Counted from the first letter of the stretch, positions 38,282 to 50,363 are shown. The stretch is DNA of 63,935 nt from Rhina ancylostomus (GCA_030265395.1 JARFYF010000017.1:19215843-19279777), one strand, 5' to 3'. Program-made: numbers and translations. The notes: generated from the sequence alone by a model not told the origin.

Positions 38282-39330
38282 CTTCTTTTTAGGCGGTCCC
38301 TCAGGATCAAGAATGAGTTGTTTTCAGCCCAGTTCTGTATGTTCTGAGGTGACTGGTAAAACTGATGAGGGAATGGCAGACTCTTTTATAAATGGGACAA
38401 GGGACAAGCAAGTGGGTAGTGGAATGCCCCGTCTGTTATTTACACTGGGCTTCTGTTTATTCCCAAGTTTCTCAATAGCATCCCAAACACTCCTTCTTCA
38501 TGAAAAACACGATGATGCTGGAGGAACTCAGCAGGCTAGGCAGCATCCATGGAGAAGAATAGGCGTTCAATGTTCTGGGTCAGGACCCTTCTTCAGGACT
38601 GAAGATAGGAAAAGGGGAAGCCCAATATATAGGATAGAAAAGCAGAGCAGTGATGGGTGGACAAAGGAGGGGAGGTGGGGTGGGCACAAGGTGGTGATGG
38701 GTAGATGCGGATATGAGATAGTGATAAGTAGGTGCAGGGGATGTGGGGAGAGCAGATCCACCGGGGGATGGGTCAAAGGTAAGAAGAGAAAGGAAATGAA
38801 GGGTAGAAAAAAGGAGGCTAGGAAAGGGAAGAAGAGAAAAAGCATGGTGGGGGGGTGGGAGTTGTGGGGAAGGGGGATCATTTTGAGCCTTCATGGGCCA
38901 GCAATTCACAAAGTCAGTGCGGATGTTACATTATCTTCAAGAGGCTTTGAGAGCACCTATGAATATATTGCCCTGTCCACCTGCCAAACTGTTCCAATGA
39001 AGGAACTCAGAATAGAGTGACCGTTTTGGGACTCTGGAGTCAAGCATACTAATGACCTGCCTCCCCATTGGAGACAACGGGTGCAATTTGGGACTCAGTG
39101 CTGGAGGTGTTGGTCTTAAAGAGGATGGGGACATTAATTCACATCCTTCCAGTGGCTTTGGAGTTGTTGGTGGTTTCTTTCCTGTGCTTTGAGGCAAAAG
39201 GAGATAGACCAGAAGTATACAGGAGGGCAAGGATCCCTGCTTCCAAATAGACCATGAGTTTTGTACCAGGTTTGTCAAAGTCATCTTTGTGCAGGAAGCA
39301 GTGAACTTTATCATTGATGTCTGTTTTGAG
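38282..39330 (-). mobile_element. RTE-clade LINE 3' fragment, split by a Penelope-like insert
   Basis: ORF 38937-39314 ends VISMLDSRVPKRSLYSEFLH..LAGGQGNIFIGALKAS (RTE MPDSRLPK..LY.EL..G.R..GGQ motif). Tail cttctttttaggcggtccctcaggatc. Confidence 0.8.
38502..38877 (-). mobile_element. Penelope-like element 3' end
   Basis: atgctggaggaactcagcaggctaggcagcatccatggaga..tctgggtcaggacccttcttcaggactg, then a purine-rich body. tcat at both junctions. Confidence 0.75.
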
Positions 39331-40759
39331 ATGTAGTCCAGAGATAAGAGAATTGAGCCATGTTTTCTAGAGTATCCTGTGAACCTTGATTGTCAGAGGG
39401 CGGAGTTAATCAGTGCAGCACAAATTGATAGAGGACTTCTGTCTTATGGATGTTCAGCATAAGGCTTATCCTCTTTTATGCTTCTATAAAAGAGTTGGCA
39501 GTGATGACTGTCAATCAAACATCAATCAAAACATGCATTAGGGCAGCAATTTAAGATAAAAAATATAGTTAACTACAGTTGTCTGATTACAAAATGCAGC
39601 TTAATGTTTTACTGTAGTACCAATGTTGAATTAACATTTATTTTGAGAGGGTTTTGGTTTCAGGATTCCAAATCTGCATGCCTTTCTTCCTTCTAAATCC
39701 TTTTTCTTTTGCATTTCAGTTTTTGAAACTACCAAAAAGTTATCTGGAGTGATTTCAGCTCTAGTATAAGAAAAACCAGCAATCAACCTAGCTTTACTCC
39801 AGAATGAAGATTACTGAGATGAATTCACTGTAAACGATACTTAAAATTGGCCCTGAATCTCTCTAAAGTCCCTCCTTGCACGTTAAGCAGTTCCAAGCAA
39901 GAGAGGAATGCTGGTGTGGTGATGTGGTCACCCCACTGGCATCTGTCCAAAGTACCTGTGTGGGCCAATCCTTTTCTATTGCTCTGCGAATGTAGAAAAA
40001 TGCAGACCTTATGTTAAGTGAAGCAAACTGAAGTCATGTGGAGTGACTCCATTTTGCTTCACATGAATGGGGCTTTTGTGTCAATTTAGTGCTTCAGCTC
40101 TGTGTAATTTCAGGCTGCCACTTCTTTGTAGGTGTAAATTGGATTCCCTCTTTACTTCTAATGCTCTGAACTAAATAGCCATCGAACTGCTGCATTAAGG
40201 TACCAAAATTAATTAGCTATACTGATAAACAAGCCATACAACTGAAAGGTATCACATTAATAACTGCCAGCAAATATTAAAAAGTAACCAAACAATGGGA
40301 GACAATATCTGCAGACTTTAACCGCAGAGAATATTGTAGAAAAAAATACTGATCAACAAAATAGCTTTTGTAGAGCATTATTAATGATGGAGGAAGTAGC
40401 AAGGGTATTAATAGTCAAATTAAATCTGAAAAGCTTTAGCAGTTACATAAAGAATTAGTTTGGACAAAGACCTTTCTGCTTTTCTTTTCACACATTGCCA
40501 TTATCCCCATAGAAACTGTAAAATGATTCTGCCATTTAAGCTCTATCCCACTTCCTGATCTAATTTGAAATGCAGTCAAGTTTGAAAAGCAAACCTGAGC
40601 ATTTTAAAATACCAAATGCAGACAGAATTCTAAAATCACATTTCACTGGAAATAGAGGAAATCAACTATCAGGTTTCCTCTACTCCCAGTTCAGTTTAGA
40701 TTTTTTTTTTCATTTTAATTTGGTAAAGATATAGCTTTACTTGCGAGAATTATAGGTAG

Positions 40760-41000
40760 CTAAATTGCCTCATTCATCATTATTAATATTATTTCCAGCT
40801 CTCTTTTTAATGAATTAATTAAAAATGATTTTATGGTGAACAGCGTTCCTATTAAATTGAAAATAAAACAAGAGGGGTAACAAAAAGTTGACAATGTTAT
40901 CAAACACAATATTGGGAAAAATGGATTATTGTTCTGAATACAAAATATAAAATGGAAGGTTGAGAATTGCAATTTAATTTATCAAAAATGCTCAGTTTTG
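40760..41000. promoter_or_regulatory. Candidate AT-rich conserved non-coding element
   Basis: Dense homeodomain and Sox-like sites: TAATGAATTAATTAA, TGATTTTATGG, ACAATG, ACAATATTG. No repeat signature. Confidence 0.35.
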
Positions 41001-41099
41001 TTTCTCCCAACCATCATTTTAATTTTTCTCCTGCCTCAGCAACAGACTTCAGTCCCTAGATGTCCATTGAATGAGAAATTATTTTCTTTTGAAAGCTTT

Positions 41100-41700
41100 G
41101 GTTGAATCATCTTTAACCATGCCAGGTTGCAATTATATTTAGCATGTGGTTTCCTTAGTTAATAATAATATCCTCTAGCTCTCATTTCCTGGTTCAACAT
41201 AAAAAGCATTGCCACATCCACCCCACTGATTCCATCTTCTCCAGTGAGAACAGATTTAACTGTTGTAGCCTCTTTTCACAGTTCACCGAATTAAGACATT
41301 GTACCATCCTTATAGCTGTTCTTTGATTCCTCTTTCTTGCCTGTCTTTGTTTTTTTTTGCAAAAGCAGTTCCCAAATTTGGTCCAGTTCTTGAAGTATCA
41401 TCTACCCAAGACTTATAAAATATCACAGTCGTCTTTTTGCATTGCTATATACAGCTGTGGCCTTGGCAGTTGTTGTCATTCTCAATAAGGATACATAAAT
41501 CCCTTTCATGGTCTAATTCATGTCACAGCATACCTGTCATGTCATAATGTTGTTTGCTATTTCCTTTATTGTCGATATACATTTTTCATTATTAAATGCT
41601 ATGTTTTTCATTTGCCAATTGCTTAATGTCTTGAAACCTCTGCTGAATATCCTTATCAAAGTATCTTGCTGTCCTACAAACAGGAAATAATTTGCAAATC
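41100..41700 (-). mobile_element. Very old CR1-like fragment
   Basis: ctccagtgagaacag..tagcctcttttcacag, and ttcccaaatttggtccagttcttgaag..acccaagacttataa (antisense YKSWVD...ELDQIW). Confidence 0.45.
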
Positions 41701-41739
41701 AATAGTTTTGCTAACAACAAATTCATTAAGATCATTAAT

Positions 41740-42290
41740 ACATGGCTTTGGTTACACCACAGCTGGAGAATAGAGTACAATCTTGGTCTCCTTATGTATG
41801 GAAGAATGTATTTGTTAGAGAGCAATGCAATGAAGATTCACCAGACTGAATCATGAGATGATGGGTCAGTTATATGAAGAGAGAATTGAGTGGGCCAGAC
41901 CTTTGTACTTCAGAGTTTGGAAGAATGAAAGGTGATCTCATCGACCCACAAAAGGACTTAATAGGGTAGATATGGAGAGGATATTCCCCCAGGCTGAAGA
42001 ATCTAGAATTAGAGATGACAGTCTAAAGAAAAGGATTTGAATTTAGAACAGAAATGAGGAGAAATTCCTTCACTCAGAGAGTGGTGATTCTTCTTCATTC
42101 TCTCTGCTGTGGAGGCACAGACATTGATTGCATTCAAAACTGAGATTGATACATTTCTGGATATTAGAGAAATCAAGGGATCTGAGGATTGGACAGGAAA
42201 GTAGTATTCAGGTAAAAGATCAGTCATGATTTTATTGACTTGTGGGGCAGATGCAAGGTCTATACTTGCTCATAGGTCTTATATTCTTCT
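41740..42290 (+). mobile_element. CR1 LINE 3' fragment
   Basis: YMALVTPQLENRVQSWSPY, agattcaccagactg, FGRMKGDLI, ttcactcagagagtggtga, tail gatcagtcatga..cttatattctt. Confidence 0.85.
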
Positions 42291-42779
42291 TTTTTTCTGT
42301 GTCCCAAACTGATCCATTACAGAACTCCATTGGTCTGAGTTACCTGATTATGACTACTTCAAGTATAGATTAATGATCTGAAATGATTATTTCAGACTGT
42401 AAGCTCTACATAGAACCCTATAGCACAGTACAGGCCCTTCGACCCACAATCATTACTTGAAAGCTGGGAAGGGTGTTCAAGCTGTAGATTAAAGCTGAAA
42501 CTCAGTCAGTACATGATGGAGAAGAGAATAGAGAAACGATGTTCGGGGAGGTGGGAGAAGGCCTGTCATAACCATAATTAATGTTCTGTAAACTCCTTTG
42601 CCATGTTGCAGCTACTGCAAGAGACAGGCATAACTACCTCAGCTGCTGTTATTCTACAGTCCCTTAGGTAGGTATGCATTCCCTGTGAATACAGTAACAA
42701 TGGTTTTCTCCAGCTGGATGTCATCTTCCCACTAAAAGATTACTGGGTGATGAAGGATTGCCTTTTACTCTTTTCTTTT

Positions 42780-44500
42780 ACTTATTCCTTTTTCAGGTTG
42801 GGGGTGTGGCTGGCTTTGCCAGCATTTACTGCCCATCCCTAATTGCCCTAGAGAAGATAGCAGTGAGATACATGCTCCCACAAAGCTGTTGTATAGGGAG
42901 GTCCCAGATTTAGACCCAGGATCAAGCAATGGTGATATACTTCCAAGTCAAGATAGTGAAAATCTTGAAGCAGAAACTCTGTGTGTTTGTTGTCTGTCCT
43001 TTGGTGGAAGAGATCATGGGTTTGGGAGGTGCTATTAGCAAAGACCAGAGAAGAAATGAGGCGAATTTTACAGGTGGTATACACTGCAGCCACTGTCTGT
43101 CAGTAATGGAGGGAATGACTGTTTACAGTGGTGGATGTGTACATTTCAATCAGACTGCTTTGTCTAAAACAGTGTTGAGCTTTTTGAGTGTTGTTGGATC
43201 TATATTGTTCTAAGTTAGCAAAGAGTATTCCTCCATGCTGCTGACTAGACACTTGTAGATGGTGAATAGACTTTGGGGCATCAGAAGATGTTATTTGCCT
43301 CTGACCTGCTTGTTTTAGCCATGATATTTATGTGACTGATCCAGCTGAGTCTCTATAAAATCCTGACCTTCAGGGTGTCGATAGTGAGAGATTCAACAGT
43401 GGTAATGCCATTGAATATTGAACTTAGGTCATTAGACTCTCTCATTGCCTGGCACCTTTGTGGAATAATTATTACTTGCTAGTTATCAGCCCATGTCTGA
43501 ATCTTGTCAGGATCTTGCTGCATTTTTTAAACTTCTTCATTTGCTAAGGAGTTAAAACTGGAATTGAACATTGTATGATCATCAGCAAACAAGTGATAAA
43601 GCAGTTGAAGTTGCTGTCCCAGAATGTTGCCCAAAGAAACTCCTGCAGTGATGTCTTGAGATGGGAATGATTAATTTCCAACAATCATTTTACTTTCTGC
43701 AAAGTATGTCTCCAATACTAGAATGTTTTCTGCTTGATGCTCATTGACCAATTTTACTAGAGCTCCTTAATACCATACGTGGTCAAATGTTTCTTTGATG
43801 TCAGGGGCCACCTGTTTCACATCATATCTTTTGTCCATGATTGGACCAAGACTGGGATGTGGTCTGGAGCCTAGTGGTCCTGGTGAAATCCAAACTGGGT
43901 ATAGATGAGTAGGGTTATTGGAGAGTAGGTATCTCTTGATAGCATTGTTGATGACATAGTCCATCACTTTGCTACCAATTGAAAATAGATTGATTGGGCA
44001 GTCAGTAGTCTGAATTTATCCTTCAGTTTGTGAACAAGAAACTCCTGTGAAATTTTAAATATTGTCAGGTAGATGCCAGTGTTGCAACTGCATTGGAACA
44101 GCTTGGCTAGGTGTAAAGCTAGTTCTAAAGTTCAGGTATTCAGTACCACACATGGAAAATTGTCTGGTTCCATTGTATTTCCTATTTCCAGCACTTTCAA
44201 CTGTTTCTTGCTAACATGTGGAATGAATTGCATTGGCTGAAGCCTGGCTTTTCCCATGGTGGGATCTCAGGCAGAAGCCATGGTGAATCATTTACATGGT
44301 ACTTCTGGTGGATCATGTTATGAATGGATCAGTCTGCATGTTAACACTCATGTGCTAGGTCCTGCCAACAGTCAGGATGGTGATTTTCTTGGAACCTCCT
44401 CCACCTCTTAGTTGTTTAATTTTCCGCCACCATTTGTGACTAGATATGGTAAGACTCCAGGGCTTCAATCTACCATAGTGTCACTATTCCATCTACATGC
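42780..44500 (-). mobile_element. Longest family B LINE copy (RT to 3' end)
   Basis: ORF 43767-43967 MDYVINNAIKRYLLSNN...DIKETFDHVWY (RT D...AFD.VWH motif). 3' end ggctggctttgccagcatttactgcccatccctaattgccct. Confidence 0.8.
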
Positions 44501-44559
44501 TCCTTACTTGTGTTTGATGATGATTCCTTTCAAGTTAGCATGAATCATGAACATTAGTT

Positions 44560-44840
44560 TCCATCTCAGAGTCTGTTCGTTCTTCCAAACTATTCAACCA
44601 AAAGTATATAACCAGGGAGCACACAGAGCTTCCACCACATTCCTGACACCTGGAGAATCATGATTAGATACCTCATCTCCTCCTTCCACTCCCCCCCCAC
44701 TCAGAAAACCTTCCCTCAAACCCCCATCCTTAACCAAGCTTATTATCACCTTCCCAGTCATTCGTCCTTTGACTCCAATTGTGATTTTCCTTGTGTGAAG
44801 CTCTACTACGTTAATGATACTTTATTAATGCAAATAATAA
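44560..44840 (+). mobile_element. L2-like 3' tail
   Basis: aaacccccatccttaaccaagctt..ccttgtgtgaagctctactacgttaatgatactttattaatgcaa. Confidence 0.5.
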
Positions 44841-45252
44841 TTAACGGATCCTCAAGTGGGCATGAAGCACAGTGGTGAAATTAAACATCACCTAACCCTT
44901 TTGCCCAAACGAAATTTTCATTTATGCTTAAATGAAAGTAAGCTGCAACTTTGAAGTACTTTTTAAATTTTGTTTGATTTTTTTTTGTTAATCAGAAAAT
45001 GAGATGGAAGTACTTGATTTGTTTCCCTCCCAGGGCAAGGTTATATTTAAGATGAAAGTAGTGAAGACAAGCTGTGCAGATGTTCTAACCAGGTACGGAT
45101 GGCCATTAATACTGTGTCCGAATTAAGTGCGAGAGAGGCGGAAGTGGGGACGTGATACGGCAGTGGAACAGGGTGGTATCGAAGTGGAATGAGGCGATGT
45201 TGGGAATAGGAGTAAGTGATGTGGATGGAGGGCAAGTTATACACCAGCAGCG

Positions 45253-45635
45253 TTGTGCACAGTTCTGGTTACCCAGCTGTAGGAAGGATGTCATTAAGCT
45301 GGAGAGGGTACAGAAAAGATTCGCAGGGATGTTACTGGGACTGGAGGGCTGGAGTTATAAGGAGAGGCTGGATAGGCTGGGACTTCCTCCACTGGAGCGA
45401 CGGAGGCTGAGTGGTGGCTTTATAGAGGTTTATAAAGTCATGAGGGGCAAAGGAAAGGTGGATGGTCACGGTCTGCTTCCCAGGCTGGGGGAGTGACTCA
45501 AGGACAGATTTAAGGTGAGAGGGGAAAGATTTGGAAGGGACGTGAGGGGGCAAGTTTTTCATGCAGAGGGTGGTGGGTATATGGAATGCAAGATGAAGCT
45601 GTAGAGATGAGTACAATTGCAATGCCTGAAAGACA
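45253..45635 (+). mobile_element. CR1 LINE 3' fragment ending in a gap
   Basis: CAQFWLPSCRKDVIKLERVQKRFAGMLLGLEGWSYKERLDRLGL..LERRRL. Confidence 0.9.
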
Positions 45636-46628
45636 NNNNNNNNNNNNNNNNNNNNNNNNNNNNNNNNNNNNNNNNNNNNNNNNNNNNNNNNNNNNNNNNN
45701 NNNNNNNNNNNNNNNNNNNNNNNNNNNNNNNNNNNCTGAAACATGGAGATTTATTTTTATTTACCACATCTCCTCCTTCCACTCCCCCCCCCCCCCCCGC
45801 CGCCGCCCAGTCTGCAGTACCCACATTGAAGGAAATGCAATCATCAGCAGCCTTGTAGTTCTCTGCTTCAGACTTATGCAAATTTTTCTTTGCCCATATT
45901 AATTCAGCATTTTTTAGCCTTGCCTATCGTCAGTGCAGCCACTTTGAATCATGGCTTTAATCAGATGTTCTTCAAAAGAATACAATAAAAACACTTGACT
46001 CTACATGAACAAAATCTTCTGGAAGAGTGTAACTGCTAAGGACTCTCAAACATACTCCCTCTGAAAAATAGCTTTGATATGATATACTTGTTTATTTTCT
46101 TAAGATTCAAGCAGCAGTCAGACTCTCAACGAAGTTGCTCTCAATATTAAGAGTTTTGATTTCAGTTTGTAAGAATTATTGACGCCATCCTTGAGGCAAT
46201 TGAGAAAGAAATTCCCAATGTTTATGTACGTGGCATAACAATTCACTTCCATTACATAGTCTGCACTAATTATTGGAATAATTCAGTACCCTTTGTGTTG
46301 CTTGCCAATTCCAATGTTGCTCCCTCTTCATTTTCCTATTGTAAGAAGAAATAAATATTTTCTTTGGACAAGCAAATTCTAGTTGTCCTAAGGACAAGAA
46401 ACTTCCCCATTATTGGATTCTGCAAGAGGCTGCCACTCAGACAAGCCAGCAGCATGACCACTGTGCTCAGTCTGAAACAAAAGAGAAAGTCTTGAAGCCG
46501 GCATCTAATCAATTTCACCAACTTCAATTCTGAACAAAATTAAACTCGCAATTAGATTTGCAAAAATTTCAAGATTTGCTCCCAATGTTAGCTGTGTTCG
46601 TGCTCCAGGTTACAATATTCCATTTATG

Positions 46629-47180
46629 ACTCATAAAGTCATAGAGTTGTACAGCACAGAAACGAGCCCTTCGGCCCAACTCGTCCATGCCAACTGTAAT
46701 GCCTATCAATACTAACCCCATTTGCCCACATGAAGTTCTTATCTCTCTACTCCTTTCCTATCCAAGTACCTGCCCAAATGCCTGTTAAGTGCTGTAATTT
46801 TATCTGCTTCTACCACTTCCCCTGGCAGCTCATTCCATTTAACCATGACCCTCTGGATGAAAAACATCCACCTCAGCTCTCCTTTAATTTTCTCCCTTCT
46901 CACCTTAAACCTCTGTCCTCTAGTTTTAGACTGTCCTACACTGGGAAAAAGACTCTGACCATCTACCCTATCTCTGCCCCTCATTATTTTATAAACTTCA
47001 ATAAGGTCATCCTTCATCTTCCTATGTTCCAGTGAGTATAAACCCAGCATATCAAATCGCTCCTTATAAATAAAGCTCTCCATTCCAGGCCACATACTTA
47101 TGAATCGCTTTCCAATGCTACCACATCCTTTCTGTAGTGTGGTGACCAGAACTATACACAAAACTCCAAGTGAGGTTCAG
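46629..47180 (-). mobile_element. CR1 LINE 3' fragment
   Basis: ORF 46739-47161 YKERFDMLGLYSLEHRKMKDDLIEVYKIMRG..FFIQRVMVKWNELP. Tail gtcatagagttgtacagcacaga. Confidence 0.9.
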
Positions 47181-47399
47181 TCAATCAATATTGTTCACAA
47201 AAAATAGTCCTTCAACTCAGAATACCCAATTGAAAACAGAGCTCTGCCCGGAAACTTACTTGTTTATCTCATTTTCATAGAGTCTTGCTGCATTTCTTTA
47301 CTGTCTCCTGTTATGGTATTTGCAAGACAGAGGCATACTTCTGTGGCACTGGATTGGGCAACATGCTCCACAGTCCCTTATGACCAACAGAGTCAAGGG

Positions 47400-47876
47400 C
47401 TTTAGAAAGGTCAAAAGAGTCGTCTTGAGATCCTGATTACATTCAGTCAGTTCCATCGGGCAGAACACATCACTCTAGTGCCCACCATCAGACTCCCTGA
47501 ATAGGCACACTAATCCAAGATCTGGCACAAGAAGAGATTGTTAGATGGACAGAGGAAAAGATTCAAAGATGTTCTTGCAGAAATGCAACACCCCCATTAA
47601 TTCCTGGAAATCACTGGCCTATGACTGTGAAGAAGATACATTCCAAATGCTACTGAGGGCCTCAGGTCCTGGTGTCAGTAGCACACAGAAGCCTACTCTA
47701 AATGGTGGAAGAAGCATACCGACTCCCAAACTACCCACCCACCTGTCCCTTCAGACAACTCCTGATCATCTGCCCCAAACTGCCCACACCAGCCTCGTCA
47801 GTCACTTCAGAAAGCACAGAACCAGCGTGGACCTGAGTCATCCTGGATCCCAAAGTACTGCCTAAGAAGAAGAAGA
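47400..47876 (+). mobile_element. RTE-clade LINE 3' fragment
   Basis: IRLPE.., DGQRKRFKDVL (gatggacagaggaaaagattcaaagatgttctt), LVSHFRKH, (AAG)n tail. Confidence 0.8.
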
Positions 47877-48059
47877 TTACAATACTTCAGCCTGAAAATT
47901 GAATACATTACCCCTTGTTTTTAGGTATAAATTGCACATAAAAGTAACCTAACCTGAGTTAGATCAAGCTAGTGATCATTTCCAGGAAAAGTTGCAACCA
48001 TTAGGCAAATCTCTGAGTACTTCTGTGTACAATTCACATTAGCATGTCTTATGTTTTCA

Positions 48060-49000
48060 TGACATCTCAAGGCGTCGGAGATTCTTCCCATAATGGTATA
48101 GATTGGAGCATTTAGACGCAACATGCAACCTTTGTTGAACAGTCACAGTTACAACCAGAAGTCTTTCATGCTACTTTGTTGAACTTATGTCTACTTAAGG
48201 GACATTCTGCATTCATTGGGAGACCTGTCTGAGACTGGCCAGCATTGTTGTCTTAACATGAGTGAAGGCAGCTATTGACTGAACTCCCTTGAATCACCAA
48301 GACATTTTCCTCATGGAAAAGTTTCCACTGTCTTCATATTTGGGTAGTTGCACAGAATCTCAGTTCCTGATCAGTGCCAGATGCAATGAAGTTACAGTGT
48401 AATGTTAGAATTTCCTGAAGATGAATGTCCCGCAAGGACATTTGACATTTTGCCTTCAGTAAGCTGGCACTATTGGACATCTTCCAGAGCCAACACTATC
48501 CAGAGGAATGGATCCTGAAGGCAGGGGCTAACATCAACTTCCCTGGCTCCTCATACCAACATGCAATCTTACCACAGCCGTAAGCGTTGCTTCAATATGA
48601 GTCACACTAGTAGCAGCATCACTGTGGAAAACTGAGATAAAAGACACTACTGTCAATCCTAAAGAAGGGTCCTGACCTGAAACCTTGACTCCTGCTTTTC
48701 TCCATGGATGCTGCCTGGCCTGCTGAGTTCCTCCAACATCATAGCGTTTTTCACCTAGATCCCAGCATCCACAGTCTTTTGTTGCACTGTGGAAGACCTA
48801 TGGTTTTCTGAAAACAAGATTCTGGTGCCTGCATTAGTCGGGGGATACCCTGTGGTAAACACCCAGCAGGTGTGGAGACTTCATTGTGTGCTGCAGGCTG
48901 CACAACCTAGCAATGCAAGGAGAGAAGCCAGTACTGGAGGAAGAGCAGCAGTCCACAGCCTGAAGTGCAGGTAGAAAAACAACAGAAGTGAGAGGACAAG
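48060..49000 (+). pseudogene. Second Harbinger (HARBI1-like) transposase relic
   Basis: SLGDLSETGQ, VKAAID* (48262), WKSFHCLHIWVV (48314), WIL..RG*HQLPWLLIP, FNMSHTSSSITVE | KTYGFLKTRFWCLH*SGDTLW, IVCCRLHNLAM (48883). Confidence 0.85.
48630..48784 (+). mobile_element. Penelope-like 3' end inserted in the transposase, 10-bp TSD
   Basis: cactgtggaa at 48620-48629 and 48785-48794. Body matches the reverse complement of 38502-38600. Confidence 0.8.
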
Positions 49001-49282
49001 GAAGGCTGAAACAAAAACAGAAGCACTGGAAGAACTCAACCAGTCAAGCAGCATCTGTGGACGAGCAAGGTAACAGGGGGAAAGTCCCAGCAGAAAACCA
49101 CCAGCCTCATCTCCCAGCAGATGAAGGAGGGAGGCATTGACTGCAAGGGTAATAAGTAAGTCCTTGACAGAGGGACATCTTTCTTAAGGACCCTGTTAAA
49201 TCATTGTCATCAATCCAGACAAAGAGACTTCTCCATATGATGATCCATAACACAAACAAAGTTCAACAATAATCAGCTGAGT

Positions 49283-49427
49283 TTTTTTTTAATTTTTTAA
49301 AATTTTATTTACAGCGTGGTAACAGGCCCTTCTGGCCCCATGAGTCCACACCGCCCATTTTAAACCCCAAATTAACCTACCCGTACATCTTTGGAATGTG
49401 GGAGGAAACCAGAGCACCCAGAGGAAA
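49283..49427 (-). mobile_element. Young V-domain SINE 3' half with an A-rich tail (runs into a gap)
   Basis: tttggaatgtgggaggaaaccagagcacccagaggaaa V-domain, and ggtaacaggcccttctggccc. Confidence 0.85.
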
Positions 49428-49771
49428 NNNNNNNNNNNNNNNNNNNNNNNNNNNNNNNNNNNNNNNNNNNNNNNNNNNNNNNNNNNNNNNNNNNNNNNNN
49501 NNNNNNNNNNNNNNNNNNNNNNNNNNNNNNNNNNNNNNNNNNNNNNNNNNNNNNNNNNNNNNNNNNNNNNNNNNNNNNNNNNNNNNNNNNNNNNNNNNNN
49601 NNNNNNNNNNNNNNNNNNNNNNNNNNNNNNNNNNNNNNNNNNNNNNNNNNNNNNNNNNNNNNNNNNNNNNNNNNNNNNNNNNNNNNNNNNNNNNNNNNNN
49701 NNNNNNNNNNNNNNNNNNNNNNNNNNNNNNNNNNNNNNNNNNNNNNNNNNNNNNNNNNNNNNNNNNNNNNN

Positions 49772-50363
49772 ACACACCAGTCTTCATTGAGGGGTCAGCA
49801 GTGGAAAAGGTGACCAGCTTCAAGTTCCTAGTCGTCAATATCTTTGAGTATCTATCCTGATGCAATCATGAAGAAAGCACACTCGTGGCTCTACTTCATT
49901 AGGAGTTTGAGGAGATTTGGTATATAACCAAAGACTCTTACAAATTTCTATAGATGTACAGTGGAGAGTATTCTAACTGGTTGCATCACCGCCTGGTATG
50001 GAGGCTCCGATGCACAGGATTGCAAGAGGCTGCAGAGGGTTATAAACTTAGCCAGCTCCCTCACGGTTGCAACCCTCCCCATCATTGAGGATATCTTCAA
50101 GAGGTGGTACCTCAAGAAGGCAGCATCCATCATTGAGGACCCTCACCATCCGGAACATGCCCCTCTTCACATTACTGCCATCAGGGTCGAGGTACAGGAG
50201 CCTGACGACTCACACTCAACATTTCAGGAACAGCTTCTTCCCCTCCACCGTCAAGTTTCTAAATAGTTTTATGTCTGCACTGTACTGCTGCCACAAAACA
50301 ACAAATTTCACATCATATAAGTCAGTGATAATAAACCTGATTCTGATTCTGATTCTGATTCTG
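49772..50363 (+). mobile_element. Rex1/Babar-clade LINE 3' fragment
   Basis: TPVFIEGSAVEKVTSFKFL, NFYRCTVESILTGCITAWYG, KKAASIIEDPHHP, LFTLLPSGSRYRS..FRNSFFP. (GATTCT)4 tail. Confidence 0.9.

Noticed and set aside
38313-39020. 235-aa plus-strand ORF
   Set aside because: It runs through antisense RTE and a purine-rich Penelope-like insert. Low complexity, no protein motif.
49289-49865. Several 130-162 aa ORFs
   Set aside because: Mostly X residues from a 344-N gap between a SINE and a Rex1 fragment.
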